Source of the DNA: Ramazzottius varieornatus
Lineage: Eukaryota; Animalia; Tardigrada
Reading direction: 5' to 3'
Assembly: GCA_001949185.1 (NCBI GenBank)
Contig: BDGG01000013.1
Location: forward strand, 1 to 64,000
Length of the DNA: 64,000 nucleotides
Of the stretch, positions 11,251-23,846 are shown one piece after another. The notes beneath the pieces are model-generated. The model saw only the letters and a program-made list of their open reading frames with translations. It did no database searches and had not been told where the DNA came from. The translations under genes were made by a program, and so were the position numbers. How positions within the stretch are numbered: the stretch's first letter is position 1; each line of letters opens with the position of its first letter.

Positions 11251-13734
11251 TTAGTTTAGTCTAACAAAAACTTTCTGTTTTAATCTTTCACTGCCAAGTC
11301 GAATCTTTTTACCGGCTGTAGCATCTCCTGCTATCGAAAACAGTCTTTCCGATGGCGCCGAAGTGCATTGTATTGCCAAAACATCCAAACCAAAAGCACT
11401 CAGCTCAGGATACTCAGCTGTAACCAGAACTTGCTTGGTTCGCTCTTCTGTGGGAAGGCGGCTGCAGTTGCTGAGAGCATGTAAGAGTTTAACTGACGTT
11501 CTATGGGCAACTGCTGTTGTTCTGCTGTAGCATTCACTGGAGCACGAGCCAGAAGTTCCATGGGGTACGGAAACTCGTCGTCGTCACCGACGACCTTGGA
11601 CTGAGGTTGATCGTGATCAAGAAACAAAGATGATGAGTTGGAACTCCAACATTTGGAACTCCAAAGAAAGTTTAGTCACCTGGATTCGTGGAACCAGAAG
11701 AATCATCGTTGACAGTCGAATTCCACTTTTTTTCGTACTGCAGAACACCTTTCATTGCAATGGTTTGCTCCATCTCCGTCAGAAGTCGTCGTAGCGCTGG
11801 ATGTAACAGAGTTGCTACCATCGTGATGTGATCGATCGTTAAGTGTTCGAGGTTCAACCATAAACCGAAGCGTCCCACTATGTCGACCTGCATGTCTACA
11901 TAGAAAGAAATAGTGCTGTTTTGATTCGTTATCGAGAATTACATACTTCTAATCAGCGAGAAAAAATGATCCTCAATTCCATAGGAGCCCAGGTTTAACT
12001 CTTCAGCCAAAGTTTTCATATGGGATAGATGAGCCAGAAGGTCTTTCAGATGCGGTATGATTTTATGGATGGTGCTTTCCTTTTCAGCTTGCATTCGAAC
12101 CGTAATCTGAAAAGTACAGCATGTTTCCGTTGGATTTCCAACTGTTGGAAATCCAACAATTTGCGATGTTCACTTACCAGCTTGAACTTGCCAAGGAACT
12201 TGACAATTCCTTTCAGCACTAGCCATTCACCTTGAGATAAGTTAGGTACTTTAACTAGTTTCTCAACCACGATTATCGTTTCTACAGCAGCCTGGATTTC
12301 GACCATTCTTTCTGCCATCAGAAGAGGGCTGGACCATCGTGTCGTGTTGTCTGAGGTGAGCTTCAGATCGCCAGTCCGCGCCATAAGTGCAGCGACGGCG
12401 GTGTGAGGATGGCCGAAGCTACTTACAATCGCGCGAACTTTCGCCATGACATCCTTGATCAGCGGACTTTTCTCAAACAACTTGACCACGAGCTGTAGAG
12501 AGTGCAAGAAGCACGGATATCGGGAGTACTCGGTGAAAAGGTTTGAAACTTCCAACTCGAAAGCATCAAACCCTGCCGCCATCTCATCAACTTTTTCGTC
12601 GTCTTCCAGTGGTTCCTCCTCATCCAGCATACGCTGCACCATCGCTTCCTTCTATCACCTGCAACTCGTCTTCTTCCGTAACACATTCTTCTAACATCTT
12701 ATCGTACAGCTTGAAGGCGGCAATCATGTTGGATGCGTTGTCCGTCATGACGACTGACACTTTTTCTGGATTGATACCCCATTTCTTCAGATCTTGTTTG
12801 AAGAGTTCGTACACATTCTTGGCTTTATGTGGGGGCGGAAATGAGACACGGCTCAGGTTGAGGTGGTGCCTTACATGGGTCTTCTTGTCCGCAAAGTGTG
12901 CTGTGATTCCAAGGAACGCTTCGGTCATCCCCTTCTTTGTCCAAATATCTGGAAAACGACATGTTGGAGGGCCAACAGTTGGAATTCCAACGTGAACAGT
13001 GAAACTGTTTCATACCTGTTGTAGAGCAGATTCTTCCTGCATTCTTCGATAAATCTTTGATATTTTCACGAAGCTGTCGTTCGATAAAATTCATAGATGC
13101 ACGTACGAGTTTCGACGTGGGCTTTGGCGCCCTGGGGTCCAAATGGTAAATCAGATCCTTGAAGCTATCATCTTCGACTCCATTAAGAGTCATTGACGGT
13201 GATCGCAGAACGTAAAGGCCACCTTCTTCCAGGATGCTGTCATACCTACAAGTGTAAAGACCAGTAAGCCATTGTAGAGACCGATAAGCTTGTTCATGTA
13301 TAAAGATTTGGATTTGAACAATACGCTTGCCTTGGATTCTCCTTGCTGTATGGTTTTCTTGCTTGAGCCATCTCTGCCAACGTCGGCTGGTGATGTTTTT
13401 CGCCGCCCTTCTGCTCCTTCTGAGCTTTCTGCTTCTCACACATCGCTAGAAACTCCTTTTTTGCCACTGGATGCTTCATCAGATGAAGCCGATTGTTTCC
13501 TGTATTCATTCCTTTAAGCTTGGTCGAGCAGCCTTCCACGAGACAGACCGACTTATCCTCCAACTCATCATGTCTGAAAAAGGTCCATCTCGGTAAATCT
13601 TTCGGCCTTCCTGCGCCTGACTTCTTCTTCTTGACAGTTGGAGCTCCAACAGTTGGATCTCCAACACTCGTGTCGCTCGCGATAGTTGAAGAAGGCGAAG
13701 TGAGAGAATTTTCCGCCGTTCCGGTCAAGTCCAC
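11251..13734 (-). pseudogene. hAT transposase with BED zinc finger and hATC dimerisation domain, frameshifted
   Basis: WTFF...C-x4-C...H-x3-H BED finger; D-I-W-T across an intron; VMTDNASNM; CFLHSLQL (CxxH); TTRWSS; TSAPSERLFS. Frame breaks near 12630, 11670 and 11400. Confidence 0.88.
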
Positions 13735-14996
13735 CGTCGTCTCACGCTGAGTCCTCCTCTCCTCCTCTGCTTCTTCGGCTTGGTGGAGCTTGGCCCTGTC
13801 TGACTTTTCCGCTTCTGACTATTTTTCGTGGGATTGGTCAATGCTGATGCTAAAATTATATGGCCGAGAACCAAGAATACCAATTGAAGTACGAACGGTA
13901 GGAAAAGAAGAGCAAACCGCGAGTCTAACAGATATCGCTATATTTAAATCAAGTCGAGTAATCAATGCACCAAATTCATATGAGATTGCGTAATCGAGTA
14001 CGTCAATTTACCTGAAGCTGAAATTTAGAATCACCACTCCGTATCCATCTCTTGTACTGATTAACCAGCTCTCGTCCGGGATAATATTTACTAAGGGATT
14101 TTCGTGGTACAATTCACTGTGGATTTGCTAGGCATCTTGCCATAATTAAAATTCGAAGCCCAGCTCTTCCAAATTTTAATTATTTTAGTTGCTGCAAGTA
14201 CGGACTTTAATTACCTATTTTACTATTGACTTGTGGGTCTAATTTTACTGTAATTTTACTATATAGTAAAATTCGTCGTCACGATTTCATAATTTTAATT
14301 ATTATAGTAAAGTTCAAAAGTCCCAGCTTTCGGCTATTTTCGATTATCTATTTCCATTAGTAGAATAACACCACATCACACCAAACCGAAAAACTTTTGG
14401 TGCACCACTTCATAGGACAACTGTGGACCAAGGCGAATCATGGTGCGCTCTATCGGCCAAACACGCAGGGAGAACCTGCAGGACCAGCAGACCTATGCAC
14501 GCTGACGTCAGGTTATGCTTCGGCGTGTGCATTAACAGTATTCCGTTTCTTTTTGTACATCTTTGTTACGCCAAATTTTGCTTCCTAGCGGTTACAACAT
14601 ACAAGTTTCGGTTTTTCGGTTTGGTTTGGTGTGGTGCACCGTAAAAGTCGTGTCCGACTCACACCACACTGGAAAAAGTGGTGTGACTTTCACACCGAAA
14701 AAGTAGTTTCGTGTGGAAGAACACCAAACCGAGAAACGCCACACTTAATCACACTTTTGCCAGGTCTAACGTCATGCCTAAAACCTGCCCCGCATTATGC
14801 TTTGACGCATGACGTCAAGGATACTTTACGGCGTTCTTCCTCTCAGCAACGCGCGCTTCAGCAGTACATCAGTGCTGGTGGTCCACAATCCGCATTTCCA
14901 AATTCCGATTTTTGAGAATTCAGAAAGCAGCGTTATCCCTTCTTCGTTTGCACCCTATTTTGAGTCTTCTCCATCTTTGTATTACCCACAACAAGA

Positions 14997-15682
14997 ATGT
15001 CGATTTCAGGGTTGGTAAGAGCATCGATGAGGCTGGTGACTCGGCAGGGCAATTGCGTCTTTCAGTCACGACTGGGAGGAGTGCGATTTTCTCATGGCCA
15101 GCAAGAAACTGACGAAGAATGGGATCAGCGTAAGTGCTCCTTTCATTCTAACCGTGCGACTTCTTTACTGACGGGATGTTGTGCTTACAGGTATGACAAA
15201 CTTTTTCCAACGCAAAGACCTTGACGGCTGGGACGTCCGTCGTGGACTGCAGGAGCTATTTAGCATTGACGGTGTGCCCGATCCTGTGACCATCTCTGCT
15301 GCTCTGCACGCCTGCCGTCGCGTTAATGACCACTCGCTGGCAGTCCGCTTCATGGAAACCCTTAGGTACAAGTGCGGCAATAAGGTGCGAGAGATTTATC
15401 CTTACCTCATCCAAGAGGTCCGACCGACGCTGGATCAGCTGGGCATCTCTACACCCGAAGGTATGTTCAGTCCAATCAATCGCAAGGCCACTTGATTTCC
15501 TCCACTGTAAAATTTGATGCTGGCACGTGGTATTTTCCTGTGAAAATATCCACGTGATTATGTCTCATGCGGGCATTCTTACGGTTTTGTGCGTTGCAAC
15601 TCGTTGAGTCGTGATTGCAGATCTAGGATACGACAAGCCAGAACTTGCTCTTCAGAACGCCGAAGATATGCATACATACTGA
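14997..15682 (+). CDS. COX5A: Cytochrome c oxidase subunit 5A (exons 14997-15129, 15191-15460, 15621-15682)
   Basis: Mitochondrial presequence, then ETDEEWDQR...DLDGWDVRRGL...ALHACRRVND...RFMETLRYKCG...[31 protein letters not shown]. Confidence 0.96.
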
Positions 15683-15973
15683 GAAGCCAAAGAAGATCCG
15701 GAACCTCGTCGACAAAGTAGACTGGAACATTACTAGTGTGATTCAACTGAACCTTTTGCTTTATTGAATTTATTCGTCCTTGTTGTGTATCCGGTATTTC
15801 TTTTGGCTGTATATTTTATCGAACGAAACTTCTCCCCTGAAAAGAAACGTGGTCGCTAGCAGCTTGTTTCTATAAACTTTAAGGGTTCTTCCCAAGCGAA
15901 AAGCTTCTCCGTTCAATAAACGCTTCCGTACATAATCATTTCGAAAAGAAGAGAAGCAGCCAAAACCGGATAT

Positions 15974-18201
15974 TTAGGAGAGTTTCTTGGCGCGTTGAAA
16001 AAGGACATCCAGAGCCTTGTTAAAGTTCCCGACTGTATCTAAGGCCGCTTCGTAGGTCTTGTCGACAGGATTGTCTTCGTACAGAACGATGATACCTTTG
16101 CCTTGGTCGAGGATGCCCGGAAGGACCTTGTCCAGAATCATTTGCGACAGTTTCTTTTCCACGATGTCCTGTGGCAGCTTGATGATGTTCGCTACATGGT
16201 CAATCTGCAAAAGCAATACTATCGATATCTCTCTCTATGTATTCTCCGAACTATGTCACTGTCATTGCAACATACCTGAACGCGGGAGTAAGGTTCGATG
16301 ATTCGAAGCAAGTTTTGCTCCAACATCTTGTTATACAGATCGTCCAAATGCGACCGTATGATGGGGTCTTCCAGCAGTTCCCTCTTGTACGTAGTCAAAG
16401 CCTACAAACCACAACTGATTTTGCGGAAGGCCGAAAACGGAGAAACGAATCAACGATGGATACTAAACCGTAACATGGGAGCCGGGCGAACTAAGTCGAC
16501 AAGATCATTTCTCCAAGTGGCGCACGCTTCCAGTCAGTAACACTGAAACGTGCGCCACTGGGGAAACAATCTTGTGAAATATTCCAAGTGGCGCAAACTC
16601 TCGACAAATACCCCTGGGAACATGCGTAAGTTGGAAAATTGACCTTGTCGAATCCTTTTGCCCAGCTCCTTATACGCCTATAGGAGACTCACGGTCTGAA
16701 AATCTGCTAGCGAACGATCCGAGCTGGCTCTGGCGATGGCCTTCATGGCTTCCACATCTCGCCCGACGTACTTCAAGGCTAGCTTTCCATCCACGATGAT
16801 GTTCACGTCTTCAGGCCTAGAGAGAAAGCAACAACCGAAAGTTGATCAACCTTTCTCGAACAAGACGAAAGACAATCTATTCGGGCCTGTACGGCGCTTA
16901 CGAGTTCAGCATGATTTTAGACAGCAACATGTATTTCAACGCGGTGATGGCCCGCTTGTCATCGATGCCGTCAAAGCTTTCAAAAGCTTCGTAGAAGTAC
17001 GAGTAAGCCGTTTTGAAGTCTTCGTCCTCGGCGGCGTGAATCACGCCCGACTGAAGGTCCAGCTGGGCTTGAAGAGCTGGTGGGACGTAAATGGCGTTGG
17101 CGGTCGTCCGAGCGGTCACCAATGCCGCCCTGCAAGACCATATAAAGACTTCAACCATTCATCAAGACGGGAAAGCAGTGACTTCCAGATACGTACCGTG
17201 ACTTAGAAGTATTGCTCAAAGCGAAGTAAGTCTTGCTTTCGATCAGCTGGACATCCACCACAAGCGCCTTGTCGTCCACCTTCTTCAACTCGCGCAGTAA
17301 TTCATTGCCTAGCTGGATGGCGTCTTGGAACCGTCCTTTCTCGTAGTAAATATTCAGAAGCTTGGCCTGAAATATAACAAACATGAAACAATACAAAACG
17401 AGTCTTGAGCCAAACTCAACTAAATTATTTTCCCGAATGGCGCGCATTTCGGCTTGTCACACTGAAAACATGCGCCACTCGAAACACCATCCTTGTCGAT
17501 TTTCATCAGTGGCGCACACTCTTAGCTAACAACACTAGAAAAATGCGCCACTCACGGAGACATCTTGATAGAGTTCGTTTGACGAGGTTCCAGTTATTCG
17601 TTACCTCGAGTGCCTGGCGAAGATATGTCCGCTTTTCGTTCCGGGCCCACTCTATACATTCCCGGCACAGGTCAACCTAGAAACGAAGGCGGAGAACGAA
17701 TGAGAAAATCAGGGAAAGGAGTTTTGTGAAAGGTGTACCTCGGCGCCAGTGTCCATATTCATGTTGACGTAGAAATCGACCAGCGCTCGCACCATCGTAC
17801 CAGCCTTGGCTTTGCTGATGACATTCAGGAAGGGTCTGGTGAAGCGTATGAGCTCCGTAAGTTCTATAAAAAACATACGGTCAATGGAAGACAGAAGCCA
17901 TAAGTATGTCGACGGAGTATCGAAGAAGACTCACCTGCGACTTTCTTTTCGGCGGACAGGAGTTTGCCCAGCTCCAAGATGCTCTGCTCTTTAATACGGA
18001 CGGCCTCTTCGTTGGATGCATCTCCATCTATCGTCACTGTGAAGGGATGGCACGTGGTCAGTAATGCAAAAGTACTGTATCGGAAACGGAGGGAGAAGCA
18101 CGTTCGAACGGAGTCTTACCCAGCTTGTTGAGAATATCGAAGGCCTCTTTGGGATTGGCCTTCGATAGCGTCTGAGCACGCTCCAGCTCCGCAGCTGCCA
18201 T
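15974..18201 (-). CDS. PSMD11: 26S proteasome non-ATPase regulatory subunit 11 (Rpn6), multi-exon
   Basis: [61 protein letters not shown], and the PCI end [12 protein letters not shown]...GILDQG. ATG at 18201. Confidence 0.95.
16477..16671. repeat. GTGGCGCAC-cassette element, 2 units, PSMD11 intron
   Basis: AT|GGGAGCCGG...AGTCGACAAGAT, two AAGTGGCGCA-N24/25-TGCG arms, ...CCCAGCTCCTT|AT. Confidence 0.75.
17395..17585. repeat. GTGGCGCAC-cassette element, 2 units, PSMD11 intron
   Basis: TGGCGCGC-N25-ATGCGCCACT and AGTGGCGCAC-N25-ATGCGCCACT. Confidence 0.7.
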
Positions 18202-18386
18202 TTTCTCCGACAGCCGAATGGACCAGATGAAGGATCAGCTTCCCCGGAAGTCGTAGCCGACAGAAGATCAGCTAGCGCGCAGGAACAAAGCTGGGAAGTG
18301 GGAAGAAAGTGCAGATGTTTTAAAAAAATGAGAAAGCAGAAAATACACAGTGCATGTTTGGCCGTTTTGACTGGGCAGTTCACTGC

Positions 18387-18398
18387 TGCGCATGCGCA
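18387..18398. promoter_or_regulatory. NRF1/Erect-wing consensus palindrome in the divergent PSMD11-ARF1 promoter region
   Basis: Perfect TGCGCATGCGCA ~190 bp upstream of the PSMD11 ATG. Confidence 0.5.
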
Positions 18399-18982
18399 GT
18401 GGAATTGAAGCACGGTGCATGGTCGCGCAGCTGTACGGTACCGCCTCTACGGCTGGTGCAACTGTGCAACAGGCAAACACGTGGAAATTGACTCATATAG
18501 GTCCTGCTCACAGTCGTGAGCGAACGCGTAGGAGCGACCAAACATACATCTAGTCCTACCAGGCTTTCCGCACGATGTGACGTTTGCAATGGCAGATTTC
18601 GTTCTGCAAAATCTGTGAAAAAACCTTCTCGGAGATCCTCATCCTTCAAGTCATCTGCCAATAGACCCTACTGTGATGAAAACGATCTTCTACAAGTGTT
18701 TATCCTAGCTTTCAGCTGTGTGCGATTGCCGCTGGAAGACCGGAGGAAGTCAGCCTCGTTGATCCTTCTCGGTAAGCATCAACTCCTCATGTCTGAAAAA
18801 GAAACAGGTTGATGAGATTCTCCGAAGCATGTTGCCTAGGCGGATGCGCTGTTTTAACGGTGATGACTTCTTGTATACCTGGGCTAAATGAATAAGAATA
18901 AAGGACGGGGAAAACTGAACGTAGGACATGATGGATGACTGGTTTGATAATTCCGTGCTTTGATTGTTGTAGAATCTCTTGA

Positions 18983-20002
<1,020 letters not shown>

Positions 20003-20778
20003 TAGTAGCCAGCCTCGGTTCTCGGGAAGTGTGAAGCAAGACATACGCAGCATTCTTTTCTCGGATACAGTAACAGTGGTACCATCTCCTTCGTTTGTTG
20101 TAGCTTGGCTTCTTTTTATGGGCTTTTCTTCTTCTTTACTTATACCTACCACGGCCTCCTCTCCACCTTTGGTGAAGATCGATCATCATAATAGTTTGTG
20201 AGTCATTCTCCTGAAGTGTAGACGCAGTGCGGTGGACAGGGAAGAATGCGCGCTTCCCCGTCACATTCCAAACTGCCATCGCGCCATGTGTTTTTTGAAA
20301 GACATCCTTCTAGCTCCCACCACTCTTTGATATAATTATCCGCCAACGCAACTTTTTATTATTCTGATATACATATCGTCATGTTATCTTGTTCTTATAA
20401 TTTCGACGGAAATCTGAACTTTGGTATGAATATGCGCCTAGTGTTCTTCCTAGTGTTCTTCTTCGACTCGTGTAAAATCCGAGATACAGGACTTGTCCTT
20501 GATCTCTTTCGCCGCGCTGCTTCATCGGGGTGCCGAACGAAGTGCAGCATCGCGCACTGCTCAGATCAAAACGGAAACGGATTATCTTCCGGTCATGATT
20601 ATCCAAAAACGATTGGCCAAGTTAACGCAGTAGTTGTTTCGTCGCAACCGTACAGGAAGCATCTTTCCTGCTCTTTACAGGGTTAGAAGCTCCTTCGGGT
20701 TCCATCGTTCTGACAGGCAGAGCTGGTGTAACAAAAAGGTCTTGTTGTATGATCAGAACGCGTTGACGGTGGACATGT

Positions 20779-21637
20779 TTGTACTATGGCGCTCTTTACT
20801 CTGAAGTCTTCCTTCTGCATTGGGCAGCTGGTACGCTGGAATTTCTGGCCTTCCCTGATATTCTGGCCCTCTGGCTGCTTACTTCCGCATTGAAGTTTCA
20901 ACGCGGCTCTGGTGATATTCAATGTTGCGCCGATGTCGCTTGTTCTCCCGAGAAATTCATCACCTGCCAAACGGATATGTGTGTCAAGTTTACGGGTATA
21001 CGTCATGACAACATCACCAAGCTCGTTTCCGGTACGCGTAAACAACATCCGGTCTTTCATTAAAATTTGGGAACTCGACTACGAACCCGACCAGGTAATT
21101 TTCTCTACGGTGCACGCTTCCGGCATATAACACCGAAAACATGCGGCACTTGAGAAAACATGTTACTGAAGTTCCCTTAAAGCTACGCACGCATTCGGCC
21201 TATAACACCGAAAGCACACGCCACTTGAAAACGATCTTGTCAAGTCTGTTCTTGCCTAGATCTCATTTCGTTGGGCGTTCATAGCACGAGTACCTATAGC
21301 GTATTCCGTTGCAGAGCACACGCAGCACAGTGGAGGGACGCTTCGCGAATTTTCGGCTATCAACCAAAGGGACCTTGTGGATTCAGGCAATCCTCTAAGA
21401 ACCCGACCAAAGGTCATCGCTCTGGCGCAAAACAAGAGCGATTTCGCTTGTCTGCCAAAGATCCGTGCGCCGGTCTACTATCCGGTCAATGGCGACAGCT
21501 TTTTTGGCGCCCTCTGCTTTTGTAACACTACTAAATGTAATACCGCTACCGGCGCCACGTACCGAAGTACCATCGGCACCAGCCATTGTATATTGCTAAA
21601 TCTGCTGCTCTTTGCTATCTTGAACACACTTTTCTAA
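20779..21637 (+). CDS. Ly6/uPAR (three-finger, quiver/sleepless-like) cysteine-rich protein, probably GPI-anchored; start uncertain
   Basis: Hydrophobic leader, IQCC..C..C..CVK, in-phase intron 21032-21314, LCFCNTTKCN and a hydrophobic C-terminal tail. Confidence 0.55.
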
Positions 21638-22347
21638 CGGTGTCGCACTGTATTCGCTAACAGTCGCCAACCACGGTACAATCATTGTTGGGGAGCTGGC
21701 TCAATGAAATGAAGCAGATTATTTTCGCAAGTGGCGCATCTAATCAGCCAACACCAGGCAAGCGTGCGCCAGACACGAAGATGAGCAGTCTCTTACATGT
21801 GCCCAGGCTCCATCTTGAGCCCTACGACGTGTCCATCACTCCAAGACTGTCTAGTTGGTCTTGATCACTCTGTCAGGAGATCGTTCTGGAAGGATAAAAG
21901 GTAACTAAGGTGGTTAAGGTAGTTTCTTGGTTCGTTTCTGCCAAGTATGGTATCCATTCAATTTTCACTGCGGGACGCTCATCGTCCAGGCGCAGTCATA
22001 GGGTGCGCGTGAAAAGATCGGAATGGGCTGCTGCAGTATTAAGCTCTTGGAACATGCATGTTGTTCCAAAGTTTGACGCATCTTCCTGAATTTTAATAAA
22101 GCAGGAGGGATGAGAGTGCTTGTGTACTGTCAGTCCCAAGTGGCTGATAAGGAAACTGAATCCAGCTGTCCACTTTGGACTCTTGATAAGGAAGTCGCTC
22201 CAACGGGGATAAGACGCCTCGTCAAGCATAATGATTACACCCAAGCCTAAACTGTCATGTTCACTTTCATCTCCTGCACTACACTCCTGCTACACTGAAC
22301 TCCCATTTTATGGAAACTCCGGAAGGAACATCGATGTGACCCAATAT

Positions 22348-22554
22348 GGGAGCTCGGTAGACAAGCCCAACCAATTCGTTTCACCAAGTGGCGCACGAGT
22401 TTAATACATCTTGCTGACAGCGTGCACCACTTCGAAAAATCATCGTTTCGAGTTTTGCTTTTTTCTTCAAAGCGGCGCACGTCCTTGGTGTCGTCAGCCG
22501 AAGATATGCTCCACTTAAGAAGACCATCTTGTCAGGTTTGTCCAACTAGGTCCC
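22348..22554. repeat. GTGGCGCAC-cassette element, 2 units, intergenic
   Basis: AT|GGGAGCTCGG end; AAGTGGCGCAC-N25-GTGCACCACTT plus a degenerate second unit. Confidence 0.7.
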
Positions 22555-23846
22555 AGACCGCGAACCCAGCAAAAGTCTTTTGGCGACCTACTTTATCACG
22601 GTGACATGGAATTCGAAATTATGGAATCAAATTGATCAATTGTAAGTTTGGGAATGTAGTGAAGAAAACTCGAACATTGGCCGTCAGTGTTCACGCATAA
22701 CGGATTTACGAAGAACGGTTTGAACACTGAAGAAGGTGATTTATGGAATATGTTATGTAGGCGTCCGGGAAGCACGGGTCCGTGGATAATGGATGGATGT
22801 GGCCTATCTGACAAACAAGGCGGAAGGCGAGGCGAAGGACCGGCCAGACATGCATGTTCTCTGCTGGTATTAATAGTACATGTATCCCGTCATCATTTTG
22901 TAACGCTTGCCTGACAGCCGTCCCTCTTTCCTCATCTCCCCTTCCCACACTTACAGGACGAGGGACACGCAGGCCTGGATATGGTCGTAAAGCTCGAGGA
23001 TGATCGACAGCTAGCTCGCCCAAATGCAATATAGCTGGTAGTAGGGGTAGGGATACATGTTATACATTATGCATGCAGAGCTCGAGTGTACAGTACCAAT
23101 ATGCCGCAAGTCCTGTATAATGGCCGCCATCGATCTCCCGTCCCTTTTCCCGTTGATCATCTTCCATCCCAGATCGAGCTGCGACTTCTACGGCCTTCCT
23201 TCTCCTATATAAACTAAGACGAGCAAAAGGCCATGCATAACATTCCGGCCACTTCTTTTCCCTCTTGTATGATCGGTCTTCTTTTTTTCTTCTTGCTGCT
23301 CTGGGCAAATCTGTGACCTTCGGGCTTGTCTGCATACGTACGTTCCATTGCACAATTCATCTAAACTCACGTGCTTGAAAGTCTTTTTATGGCGCTTAAT
23401 CTTTGTGATGAAAGGGAGGACGTAGGGCGATAGAGTGTACAGTGTACATCCATCTTATTTGTCTGTCTCTCTGGGTGATGAAAGTAGTGTCTGGAGGGAA
23501 ATACAGGATCACTTTACAGCTCCAGCCTTAATTACTTCCGGCTGATATGACAAAGCGTAGCTTCTCACAGCCTGACACCGGCAATTGACGTCAGCACTAT
23601 CGGACCAGTCGTCAGTCTCGTCTGCATAACTTCCCCCTGGAGTTTGAGTTCCTTCCATCGACGCCGGCCAAAACCTTGTTTAACCCATCTGGTTGGTCCC
23701 TCCAATTTGCATACATGCCTGGTTGCCTATATTGACACAATTGCTGGCTGCAGTAGCTTGGCTAATGTCCTTGTCGTGAAGGGGGAGAGGGAGAGGGAAG
23801 GGTGCGTTTTTGCCCGACCGACACCCACAGCCAGTTCGTGCAAAGG

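Larger units (their letters stand above)
9122..14373 (-). mobile_element. Nested full-length hAT transposon (~5.25 kb), decayed
   Basis: TIRs CAGTGTTATTCTACTAATGG / CCATTAGTAGAATAACACCA (last 2 nt mismatched). 8 bp TSD CATCACAC at 9114-9121 and 14374-14381. hAT transposase inside. Confidence 0.9.
8560..14768. mobile_element. Outer non-autonomous hAT-type element (~0.55 kb of its own sequence) hosting two nested insertions
   Basis: TIRs TGGACCTGGCAATGGTGTG / CACACTTTTGCCAGGTCTA. Perfect 8 bp TSD ACGTCATG at 8552-8559 and 14769-14776. CACACC/GGTGTG-rich subterminal repeats on both sides. Confidence 0.85.
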
